Positions 12,777 to 24,200 of a stretch of DNA of 64,000 nucleotides are shown here, one piece after another. The position numbers and the translations under genes are program-made. Positions within the stretch are counted from its first letter, which is position 1. Each line of letters starts with the position of its first letter. This DNA comes from Cyanophora paradoxa CCMP329 (taxonomy: Eukaryota > Plantae > Glaucophyta): the NCBI GenBank assembly GCA_004431415.1, contig QPMI01000542.1, forward strand, positions 248,001 to 312,000, written 5' to 3'. The notes beneath the pieces are model-generated. The model ran no database searches and was not told where the DNA came from. It saw only the letters and a program-made list of their open reading frames with translations.

Positions 12777-14488
12777 CTACTTCTCGAGTACGAAAGGCGA
12801 AGGTCCCGCTGCGGCACCTGCGGGCGCCTTGGGGCCCAGGTTGCCGACTGCCGCGGCAGGGCGCAGCTCCGGGGACGTGGGGGTGTCGCTCAGGACCGTC
12901 CCGGGGGCGAGGAGGGGGTTCAGGCCCGCCGCCGCCGACGAGCCCTGCACGTGGGGTACACCGATGTCGTCGTAGAGGTCCAGGCGGAGGTCGTTCGCGG
13001 AGAGGGTACCGAAATCGATGCGCTGCTCGTCCGACGCCGCCGCGCGGTTGACCCGGTGGCTGCGGGGGGGAAGGGGTGGTCGGTTGGGGCGAGGAGTACA
13101 GCCTTGCAGAGGGGGTACGGATCCCGCACTTCTTGATGAAGACAAAGAGGCGGGCGAACTGGACGACGTAACGGGTGATGAGGAGCGCTACCTCGAGGAC
13201 GTCCTCGTACCCCTCATTGTGGAACACCTGTACCCCGAGGTCGTTGGGGTACGGGGACGGGCCAGAAGGGGTACGGCGCACGATGAGGATGACGACGGAG
13301 ATGACGGCGACGATGACGTCGAACCAGTTGCTCCACTGCGTCCAGAACGCCTGCCGGGGTACCGTAAGCCACGGTGAGGGGGTACGGCGAACGAGAACAG
13401 GCCGGACCCGCCGCAAGGCGATCATGCGGATGACAATCTCTGTTATGAACACTCTGCTCGGAGCCATCAGCAGGGGCGGAGGGCTTTAAAGCACACGGCT
13501 CTCTCGCACGTGTTGATGATGACCTCCATGACGAAAAACCTGGCCATGGAGAGGTAGGACGGGCGGGGTTAGAGCGAAGGGCGGGGAGGGCCCCTCGGCG
13601 GCGCTCACATCGTGTGGTCGGGGCTGCCAGCGACAGATGTCAGAGGGCTTTCGCGTTAAGAAATTAAGAGGGGTCGCAAACTACGCACTAGTTATCCCAT
13701 TGGATGACAGTCCTGCGCGCGGGGAGGCATAAGCAACGGGACGAAGCGCGCAGCTTCTGGCGGTGGCAGGAGGCGGGGCCCAGAGGCTTGATAGCGCTCC
13801 GTGCCCTTGCATGGACACGCTTCTAGAATGCAGCGACGGCGAGATAGAGCGAGGCGCTTGCGGGCTCGGGGCGCGCGTTCGGCCGCACCATCTGCAGCGG
13901 TCCGTTAGCTAGGAGGCGAGATCCGGAGCGGCGGCGCGCGCACGTGATGATGGCGAGGTTGATTGTAATCATAGAAATGTAGAGAACCTGCGCTCGGAGG
14001 TGAGCGTCGGACCACTCGCTCAACGGGCCCCGAGGTCTTAGCGGCTCGGCGCCACGAACGCCTCACCTGGTACGCTGTGCTGTAGTATATTCGGTTTGCC
14101 ACGTTCTTACTCATCTCTGCGGGCAGTCGTCACCTCGGCGACCGCGCTGACCGGTGCGCTCGAAAGCGCGCCACACGACCGCACCCTCGCACGTTATCGC
14201 ATATCGCTTGCGGGACGAAGTCTGCCCCATCGGATCAGGGGTGGCTGCTGTTGCGGCGGGCGCTGGGCTGACAGCCGCGGCAGCGGCGACGGGCAGGTCT
14301 ACAGCGCCGAACGACGCTTTCGCTGGACCGCGACCGCCGCGCAAAGAGCTAGGTGCGGAGGCGGTCTCAGCGTCTCTCGAAGCGGCAAAGTCCTCAACCG
14401 TCCGGTGCAAGCGGCTTGACGAGGGCAGCGAGTCGTGGATCGTCTCCTTTGGGATTGAAGGCAGGCTCGAGGAGATCAGCGAAGTCAT
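12777..14488 (-). CDS. Four-TM voltage-sensor-like (Ion_trans S1-S4 only) membrane protein with no pore domain
   Basis: Spliced product EEMSKNVANRIYYSTAYQVLYISMITINLAIIT(W)TVIQWDNYPDHTMFFVMEVIINTVFITEIVIRMIALRRAFWTQWSNWFDVIVAVISVVILIVFHNEGYEDVLEVALLITRYVVQFARLFVFIKN. It shows S2 FxxExxxR, S3 NWFD and an S4-like RxxxQxxR. Confidence 0.75.
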
Positions 14489-14581
14489 CCGAAGCTGGCC
14501 CGTGGCCTGCAGCTCCTTCGGTTCCTGTACCCCGGGACGAATCTATCCTTTCTCGCCAGCCAAGCCTCCTGCGGAGCAACT

Positions 14582-15853
14582 ATGGCGTTCAGCACGGCCT
14601 GCATCTTCGCGGCATCGCCGCGCGTCGCCCCGGCGCTCCGCAGCCTCGCGTCGGCTCGCCCGGTCGCTGCCCGCGTCCTGCGGGCCGCGCCGGCGGTTTC
14701 CTTCGAGACCTCCAGCCCCCGCCGCACGTTCCACGTCCGCTGCGAAGGCGAGACGCCCGCCGCGGCCCCGGCTGCGGCCCCGGCCGAGGCCCCCGCCGCG
14801 CCCGCCGCGCCCGCGACCAAGCGTGCGTGCGGCCGCCAGCGTTCCGCCCGGCTTTCGCGCAGCTAAAATGGAGAATCCTCTCGCAGCTGTCGACGTCACG
14901 CGCCTGAACTTGCGTGTCGGCAAGATTGTGAAGGCCTGGCCCCACCCGGACGCCGACTCGCTCTACTGGTGCCGGCTGCCGCCCCTCCCTCCCCGCGCGC
15001 GCCTTTCGCCCACTCGCCGTGCCCAGCGAGGAGATCGACATCGGCGAGGAGGCGCCGAGGCTCATCTGCAGCGGGCTCCGCGTGCGCCCGCCGCCGCCCC
15101 CTTTGCGGCCGCGGCCCGGGGCCGCGCCGAGCCCGGGCCGCAGAACTACGTGCCCCTTGAGGAGTTCGAGGGCTCCATGGTCATCGTTCTGGCCAACTTG
15201 AAGCCCCGCAAGGCGCGGCGCCGCGCCCTCCCGACGTCGCCGCCCGCCCCGCCCCGCCCCGCTCACGCGCCCGGCAGATGCGCGGCATCGAGAGCAACGG
15301 CATGGTCCTCGCCGCCTCGAACGAGGACCACTCGCAGGTCGAGCTCATCAAGCCCCCGGAGGTCCGCTTTTCCGCTCCGCGCGCTCGCCCGGTTCGCCCG
15401 CCGACGCCCCGCGCAGGGCGCCCAGCCCGGCGAGCGCGTGTCGTTCGAGGGGTACGAGGGCCCCGCCGACGACGTCCTGAACCCCAAGAAGAAGGCGCGT
15501 ACCCTCTTCCCCTCCCCCTCCCGACCCCCCTCGCCCGCCCTTAGACGGCCCTCGTGTCTCACTACCCCCCTCATTCAGGTGTGGGAGGCGATCCAGCCCG
15601 ACATGCGCACCACCGCCGACGGCGTCGCGGTGCGTTCGTGTACCCCCCTACGCGCCCTGCACCGCGCCCACGTACCCCGCAGGCCTACAAGGGCATCCCC
15701 TTCACGACCTCCGCGGGCCCCGTGACCGTCCAGGTGCGGTCTGCGTACCCTCCCGCCGCGCCCCACCTCGCCCCCCCGCCCCCCCCGCCGCCCGCCCCTC
15801 ACAGTCCGCCCCCGCGCCCCTCGCAGAACCTCAAGAACTGCTCCATCGGCTAA
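14582..15853 (+). CDS. Plastid-targeted tRNA-binding OB-fold protein (EMAP-II / Arc1p C-domain like)
   Basis: N-terminal MAFSTACIFAASPRVAPALRS...FHVRC transit peptide. Domain [88 protein letters not shown]. 9 exons. Confidence 0.88.
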
Positions 15854-16066
15854 CCTTTGTACCCCGGCGCATAGTAGTTCTCTGTTCAATGGATTTCTCG
15901 TTTCGCTATTCTGAGAAACTTGCTCGCTATTCTGAGAAACTTGCATGGGGGCGTCCGGCCCCCTAGAAGAGAGTAGGGTCCTACATACACTTATGTTCAT
16001 GTTTTGCCCCCGGGGCTGGGGCTTCTAATACGCGGGCGGCCGGCGAGTCTCCGAGTCTCCGGCCTG

Positions 16067-18590
16067 CTACTCCTTGGGCTTGGGCGGGGCGAGGATGGCG
16101 CCGACGACGGCGACGGACGAGAGGGCGCGGACGGCGTCGCCCTCCTGGACGGCCACCGTGACGCGGCGGGCGCGGGGGTCCTTGCCGGCCGCGACCCGCA
16201 GGAGCGCGTGGTCGCCCAGCGCCTCGCAGAGGTCCACGAACTCGGAGAAGGCGAGGGGCTGCAGGTGGTGCTTCTTGAGGGCGCGCGCGTACTCGGTGTG
16301 CAGGCGCTGCAGGGTGAGCTGCTTGGGCGGGACGCCGCCGGCGCGCGAGGCGACGACGGCCGTCGCGAGGACGAGCTGGTGCTGGGAGGGGAGCCCCCGC
16401 ATCGTCTCCTCGTGGGGCGACCCGATGCAGGCGCCCAGCGTCCGCTGCATGTCGCCCACCGAGACGCGGCCGGGGGCGCCCCAGGGGAAGCTCGCCGCGA
16501 GGACCGCCGAGGGCGGCGGCGGCGGCGGCGGCGGCGCCTGGGCCTTTTTGGACGGGGAGGGCGGGGGCGGGGGCGGGCGGCGGGACCGCTCCTGCGCCGC
16601 CTGCGCGGCCTGCCAGCAGACGTCGAGGGCGCGGCGGGCGTCCCCGGACTGCCCGGCGATGCGCCGGGCGCACAGCTCCAACGCCATAGCGTCGAACATG
16701 AGCGTCGCCGGCAGCGGCTGCGGCCCGCGCCAGGCGCCCGAGGCCTCCGCCGCTTGCGCGACGCGCGCCAGGCGCTCCCGCACGATCGCGATGATCGCCG
16801 TCTTGTCGTACGGGCGGAACGTCACGAGCTTCGGCTGCACTGCGGCGGGCCTTAGCCGAGACGAGGCAGAGCGGGGCGGGGCGGAGGGAGGAAGCAGGCG
16901 CCGCGCACGGTTGCGGACGAGGAGGCGGGGCAGCAGGCGCTCCGTCAGATCGATCGCGTTCGCGATGCCTGCGCGGGGGGGCGGGCAGGCGGGCGCGTCA
17001 GGACGCTGAAACGAAGAGAAACATGATGCGGGGAGTACGGAGCGCGCACCGACGAGGATCATGCGGGAGCGGGGCAGCGAGGCGACCTGGAAGAGGCGGT
17101 AGAGGACCTCCTGATCCCGAGTGACGAGCGCGTCCACCTCGTCCACAACCGCCACGCTGCGGCGGAGGCGTTGTCAGAGGAGGCGGCGGAGGGGGCGCGG
17201 ACGAAGCGGAGAGGGGGCGGGGGGCGGGATGCCCGCACATCATCGGAAGGTCCTTGTTGGCCTTGGGGGGCGCGACAAAGGCCTCCAGGCGGGAGGAGGC
17301 GTCGCGGGCGGGGCCCGGCGGGGCGCCCATCTGCGGGGGCGGGGCGGGGCGCGTGAGGCGGGTGCGGTCTCCAGGCGCACGGGAGGGGGCACCTGGTTCA
17401 GGAGGGACTCGTAGACCGCCTTCGGCTCGTTCAGGTGCATCGCGTTCACGTAGGCTTCGATGCAGGCGACGCGCCCGTTCTGCTCGCGGAGGAGAAGGGT
17501 CAGAGGGCGCAGGGGTCGCAGCGCGGGGCGGGGCGGGGCGGGGCGGGCCTCGGCGAGGTGGGCGTCCAGCTTGCGGCGGACGAGGTCGAGGACGAGGGTC
17601 TTGCCCGTGCCGGGGCACCCGCAAACGTACATCGTGCCGCCCTGCCGCCGCTCGACGCGCTCGCGGCAGAAGTCGAGGATCTCCCGCTCCTCGTCGTCCC
17701 GCCCCACCGCCTCGTCCGGGAACGACGAGAGGTGCAGCGCGCTCATCACCTCCTTGAAGTAGTCGAAGGGCTCCGCCGGGGGCGGCGCGCACGGCTCCGG
17801 CGCCGTCGCCGCCGCCGCCGCCGCCTGCTTTGCCGGCGACCGCGCCGCCCGCGGGCTCTTGGCGGGCGTGATGGGCTTCTTGTCCGCCGGCTGCTCCGCC
17901 GGGCTGCTGGCCAGGGAGCGCTTCGCGCGTGGTGTCGGGGTCTTCGCTGGCGTGCTCGGCTTGGCTTCCGGCTGAATCGCTGGGCTCCTCGCGGGCGAGC
18001 GCGCCGCCCGCGGGGTCTTGGCGGGAGTGCACGGTGAGGGCGGCTTGCGCGGCGTCTCGGTCTGCTGCTGCGGCGTCCGGCTCCGGGCTGGAGACGACGC
18101 TGTACGCTGCCGCTTCGGCGTGTTGGTCGCGTCCTCGTTCTCGTCCTGGCCTTCTAGATCGATCATCGGGACCTTCTGCGCGTCCGCGGAAGACGATGTC
18201 AGGCCCCTGCGAAGCCACGAGAGGCGATCCGATCGCACCTCCTGCGCCGCGGGCCGCTTGCGCTCCCAGCGCTGTTCGCCCTTCGACTTGCACTCCTCAT
18301 CTGCCTTGGAGCGAGCGGGCGACTGCTTGTTCTTTGGCCCCGCTTTGGCCGCCGGGGCATCTGGCGCCAAAACCGACCCGTCAGCGCGCCGCGGGTTGCG
18401 CTGGCAGGCGGCGGCGGGAACGCACTCCGCTTCGCGCGAAGGACGGTTGTGATGACCGGAGCCGCGGCGGCGGGCTTCACGCTCACTGCGTGGCGCGATT
18501 CAGGCGCGCCACGCCGCGGGGCGAACGAACTCTCGGCTCACCGCGGGTGGTGCGCAGCGGCTGCGATGGGGTCTTTGCTGCCTTCACCAT
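16067..18590 (-). CDS. CDC6: Cell division control protein 6 (origin licensing AAA+ ATPase)
   Basis: Walker A YVCGCPGTGKT, Walker B VVDEVDAL, GIANAIDLTERLLPRL, FRPY and LELCARRIAGQSGDARRALDVC, then a winged-helix C-terminus. The N-terminus is rich in S/T-P-x-K/R CDK sites. Start exon MVKAAKTPSQPLRTTR is inferred. Confidence 0.92.
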
Positions 18591-18772
18591 CGCCTCGCGC
18601 GGTCTCTGAACGCCGGGCTGCTCTGCTGGCCGAGGAAATTCGAACGCAGCACTTTGCCCGCCAAACTCTGTTGCAATTTGGCCGGTGACTCGTACCCGTC
18701 GCGGACCGCATTCGAACGAGCGAGCGAGCCAGCCCTTTCCCAGCGCCCTAAAGATCGGCAGAGGCAGCAAAG

Positions 18773-19888
18773 ATGCAGAGGCGGCCAAAGGACAGCATTG
18801 GTGAGCTGCTGAACCCTGTGCGGGGCATCCGAGACGCGCAAGCCCGCAAGGGCATCAAGCCGAAGGACCACATCAAAGAGAACCTGACAGCCATCCGCAA
18901 GAAGGAGGAGGAGAAGCAGCAGGAGAAGTTTGAGGCCAGCCAGCCAGCACCAGCGCCGTTCAAGCTGTCCCGCTTCCAAAAGGTCGACTCCGTGGTCGCC
19001 AAGAAGGTGGAGGAGATGAGCGTCAAGGCAGCAGAGAGCAGGGAGGCCGGGGAGCGCGAGTTCCTGCGGGCGCACTCCCGGGCCATCGACCCGCCGTCGC
19101 CCCCGCCCAGGACGGCGCAGTCGGACCAGTCGGACGCCACGGCACAGACGTCCATCCGCCAGCGGATAAAGCCCGAGATCCCGAAGGAGCCCGGCAGGCT
19201 GGTGCGCTCTGCCCCGCTCTTTGCGTCTCTCCGCAGCTAACCGCGTCCTGCTCGCTGCTCCCGCAGGCGCCGCGCACCGACAAGGACTACATTCGGACTA
19301 ACGCGGTTGAAGCCATCACCAAGCGGCCGCCCGCGATCGCCGATCCGAAGGAGAAGGAGCGCATCCCGGACGCGCGGGAAGCCAACCCGGATTTCGCTCG
19401 GGTGCCCGAGTACTTGATACAGCGGCGCATGGATATGGAGCGTCTGCGGGAGGAGGAGCGGTCTGCGCCGCCGCCCGCCCCCTTTCGCCCCGCGCCGCTG
19501 ACTCGCCTCGCAGGCTGGCGGCGGAGGAGGCCGCGGAGTGCCCGCCGGGCATGATCCGCGTGACGGAGGAGGAGCGCGTCCAGATGCTCTCCGTCCTCGC
19601 AGAGAGTGCGCTCCGCCGCGCCTCGTGCGGCGCCCCGCTCCCGGCAGTCGCTCACGGCGGCCCGCAGACCGGTCGTCGGTGAGCAAGGCGCTGCAGGCGA
19701 TGCCCTTCATCTGCGACACGATCGGCCTGCGCCGCAAGAAGCAGGACCTCGAGAAGCGCCTCGGCGAGATCGACGAGGCGATCAAGAACTTCTCCAAGCC
19801 GAAGGTGCGCTCGAGCCCGCCCGCCCCTGCGCGCCGCGGCCGCATCGCTGACCCGCGCCCCCAGGTATTCGTGAACGTCAACGCGTAG
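18773..19888 (+). CDS. ENKD1: Enkurin domain-containing protein (ENKD1-like)
   Basis: KPKDHIKENLTAIRK, DYIRTNA, FARVPEYLIQRR, CPPGMIRVTEEERVQMLSVL, and C-terminal LRRKKQDLEKRLGEIDEAIKNFSKPKVFV. Confidence 0.82.
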
Positions 19889-20110
19889 CCGTCGAGGCCG
19901 CCCCGCGGCGTCGCGGCATCCGCTGAGCTTTCGCCCAGCCCCTTTAGTGTAGTTTGTACGTCCCCGCGCATATTTCAATCACTTCTATCTCTAGGAACTT
20001 CCCCGTCTGCTCCGCGCTCGTGTCGGGCCGCCCGGGAGAGCCCCGGCGTTGGGCACTGCTTGTCGTACGAGTTACACAGGGCTTGGCATCATGATCGTAG
20101 GTCACTATGG

Positions 20111-21075
20111 CTATACATCGATGGTGGCCAGGGGGTTCCGGGGGTCGGGCGCGGGGGGGAGCTCCTTGGGCAGGGCCTCGGCGGCCGCCGCGGCCGCCGC
20201 GGGGCTGATGATCGCGGCCCCCTTCCAGACTTGGCCCTTGAGGAACTCGCCCGTGTGCCGCGCGCCGTTCGAGAACTCGAACGTGCTGCGGGCGGGGCTC
20301 AGCGCGGGCCAAGCTCGGCGCGGGCGGACCGGGCGGGGCGGGGCGGGGCGAGCGCACCCGGGGCCCTGGGGCAGGTTCGAGGACCAGTTGCCCGAGTACA
20401 CGAGGCCGTCGGGGTGCACGAAGGCGCCCTCAGCCATCGACCCGTTCTCCCACCGGCCCTGCATCTGCGAGGCGCGCGCGTTCGGGCCTCAGCGCGCGCC
20501 GCCGCAGTAGCCGGCCGCCAGCGCCCGCCCGCCCGCCACGCACCGAGGTCCGCGTCGCGCTGAAGTAGTATGTGCCTGACCCGTGCCTCTGGTTCGCCTT
20601 CCACTCGCCAATGTAGGTATCCTGGTTCGTGTATGTGTACTTGCCCCGCCCCTCGCGCTTGTCGTTCCAGAACTCGCCCTGCCGCCGGCCGCGCTAGCTA
20701 AGCAAACGGAGCGGCGCGGCGGGGCGGAGAACGCGAACGCACCTCGTATTTCCGGCCGTCTGGCCAAGTCATGACGCCGTGGCCCTGCCGCTTGTTGTCC
20801 ACGTAGTCTCCCTCGTAGACGGAACCTGGGCGGAAGCGGAGCGTCAATGCGCCGCGGCGGGAGCGCTTCCCGGTCAAAGCAGCGGGCGCACCGTCCTTCC
20901 ACGTGTACTTGCCCTTGCCCTCGCGCTTGCCCTGCACGTAGGAGCCCTCGTAGACATCGCCATTCGGAAACTTGTTCTTCCCGGTTCCGTGGCGTTGCCT
21001 CGTGGCCTCGTCACGCTCTCCTTCATACTCGCCCATTGGAGACATCTTCTGCTCCTCGCCTTCGCCCTCTGCCAT
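20111..21075 (-). CDS. RSPH1: MORN-repeat protein, radial spoke head 1-like
   Basis: GEYEGERDEATRQRHGTGKNKFPNGDVYEGSYVQGKREGKGKYTWKDGSVYEGDYVDNKRQGHG and further MORN repeats across about 5 exons. Confidence 0.75.
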
Positions 21076-21253
21076 CTTCGCTCTCTACCTTGCCGCCCGG
21101 CGCGCTGGAAATAACAGAAAACGCTCCTGTGTAGCTAGCTAGGCCAATGCTGCGCTGTGCCGCTCGCTCGGTGCTAATAGAGGCCCGCCTCCAAATCGGT
21201 CCGGCTCGTTTGTTCCCCCCCTCAACGGGATACAGGAATCGAAGGGCAAAAAA

Positions 21254-24200
21254 ATGGATGCCCGGCGCCGCCCGACCGTGGAGGCCGACAGCGCGATGCG
21301 CGCGCGGCTGGATGAAGCGCTCGCTGCAGCGCTTCTCGAACGCGCCGAGAACGAGGTCCGCGCGCTCTCCCTGCACGCGCGCCCAGTCATCGAGCGCGGG
21401 CGCAGCCGCTGGCGTACGTGAACGCGGTGCAAGGCTTCGCTGCTCTCGTTGCCGTCGACGCCGAGCTCCGCGTCGTCCACGCGAGCGCGAACTGCGCGTC
21501 GTTCTTCGAATCGGGTCGACGTCGACGTCACGTGCACGCGGAACCCCAAGGCCCGGCCGCGGGCTTGGATGCGCAGCAGAGCTTAGTGGGCCGCGCGCTT
21601 GACGCGTTCCTCGACCCCGAAGCGTTCCTCGAGCTCCAGGAGGCCGCGGAGGAGTGCCGGCGCGTGCGCTGCGCGGGGCTTTTGCATTCGGATGCGCAGG
21701 CGCCGGCGGCGGCCGCGGCCGGCAACGCGAACCTTGAAGGAGAGCACATGATCAAGCCCTCGGACAAGGTGGAGATCAAGGTTAGCCGCTCACAGATCAA
21801 GGTCAGCCGCTTACATCAGCTGCAATGCGCTGATGGGATCCCCGCGCGCGCAGATCGAGTCGAGCGGGCGCTTGCTGAACTGCATTCTGCACGACCTGCG
21901 CGAAGAGGATCTCATCTGTATCGAGTTTGAGCCGTGCACATGCGGTCCGCGCCTTTGAATTGCGCATGCGCTTCTAACGACGTCGATGCGCATGCGCAGT
22001 GCGGCAGCACCGAGCCACGCGCCGAGCATCTCTATCTCATGTGCAGGATGCCATCGGTTCGGCCTTGCCCGCACCGTCATTCTGCCTTCGAAGTCTTCCC
22101 GAACGGCCCCTGCAGAGTGCCTTCGCACGTGCCAGGATGTCCAGTCGATCTGCGAGGAGGCCACAAAGAGGGTGCGTTTGATTTCTCATTTTCGTGCTTC
22201 CCGCGCGCAACGTTGGCCACGCTCATCTCACGCGCGCTTGCGCTGCCCCGGCCCCGGCCCGCAGCTCATCAACATGGTCGCCTTCGATCGATGCCTCTTC
22301 TACAGGGTGCGCGCTCGAGCTAGATCCGCGCGCGGCTGATCGTTAGTTGGCCCGAAACTGAACGCGTATGCTCTTCAGATGGACCGGAGCGGAGAGGGCA
22401 CCGTCATCGCCGAAGTGCGCGAGAAGGTTTAATTTATCTTGGGATCTTTAATTTAATCTGGCCGAACTCGAGCCGCAGGCGATCGTGGATAACGCCCCTC
22501 CCGAGACAACAAGCAGAAGATTCATCGGTTCGGGTCCCCTGCTCGCTGCCCCGCGCGCATCTTCGTCCATTTGGATCTAGACACCCCCGGCCCCCTGCAG
22601 GTCTGCGGTACCCGGCCTGGGACATCCCTCCCGCGGCGCGGCGCTTCTTCCTCCAGAACCGCCAGCGGCTCATCCAGGACGCCGCCGCCCGTGCGTGAAC
22701 GCGACAAGCTTCGAATTCAGCTTCGCCGCTCTAGAGTCTGTTCCGCTCGCGATCGCTAATGCAAAGTGCACGTGCAGCGCCGATAGCCATCGAGCCGCCG
22801 CTGAACAGCCGGACGGGACGCCCCCTCGACCTGACCCTCGCGGACTCCCGCCGCGCCTCCCCCTGCCACCATATCCTTCCTCCGCGGCCGGCCCGCGGCT
22901 TCAGCTTTTGCCGCGCCCTGCGGTCGACGTCGGGAGGAATCGGACGCTGCGCCGTCTTGACCCCTGCCCACTGCAGTACATGCTGAACATGGGCACCCGC
23001 GCGTCCCTCGTGCACGCCGTCGTCGTCCACGGCCGCCTCTTCGGTGCGGCTCTATGTTGGCTCGAATTCACTGAGTCATTGGCCGTACGCGCGGGCCGAG
23101 CCTTTGCTTAAGCGGCTGCCCCGGCCCGCAGGCCTGCTGGTGCTGCACAGCGCCCGCCCTTCCTTCGTCTGCTACGACGTGCGCCAGGGCCTGGCCACGT
23201 TCGCAGAGGTGCCATATGCATCAGCCTGTCTTGGATATATATGACGGGATATGCATATGGCCGCGGGTTCTGTGCGCGACGCTTTATTTGATCAGTGGTT
23301 TTGACCTTGCATTTCGCGCAGAGCGTGAGCCTGGTGCTCGAGAAGCGCTTCGAGATGGCGAGGCACGTCTCGGAGGTTCGCGGCCGCGAGCTGCACTTCA
23401 AGGTCAGCTGAGCTCGAAGCGCCAGAGCGCGCGCGGCGCCGGCCGCGAGCCGCGCCGTGTATCCTATACATCTCAAAGGCCGCTGCTAATGATCACGTCA
23501 TGACCAGGTGCTTTCTCGTGTAAACCAGGTGCGTTTCTCGTTTGGTCGCGGTTTCGCCGAGGCTCGCAATATTCATGTTCAGGCATATCAATTGATCTTC
23601 TATACAGGCGCCGAACCGGGACGCGGACGCGCTCAGCGTTAATTTCAACGGGCTCTGCTCGCCGGGGGGCCTCCTCGACGTCATCCCCGGCACCGAAGCC
23701 GCCGGGATCGTGCTCTTCCCAGAGCCGGAGAGCGCTGCATGCGCGGACGCTGCTGCGGTGCCGGAGCCGTGCTTGCGCATCGGGTTCTGCACCCCTTCCT
23801 CGGCATACGCATCCGCCCTCGAGGCGAAAATTTCTCTCGTGCGCGCGCATTGTCCCAGCTCCTGCGCCTTAAGCTTGCAGCTGGCCCGGGCCTATCGGCT
23901 TAAACTTGACTCGGGATCGATCGCTCAGCTCTGCCGCGACACGCTACCGGCGCTGAAGGAGGCGGAGCAGCGGGCGGGAGGGCCGGAGCAGCAGCAGCAG
24001 CAGGTCGGGTCCCATCGATATCCCTCCCCGAGCCCCCCTCGTGGCCTCAGCTTAGGCTGCGTGGCCTCTTATTATAATCATCGAGCCCCACTCGTGCCCT
24101 TGGCTCAGGCTGCGTGGCCTATAATTATAATCATCGAGCCCTACTCGTGGCCTTAGCTTAGGCTCAGGCTCCGCGCAGGGCCCGTTCGTGTGGTGCACGG

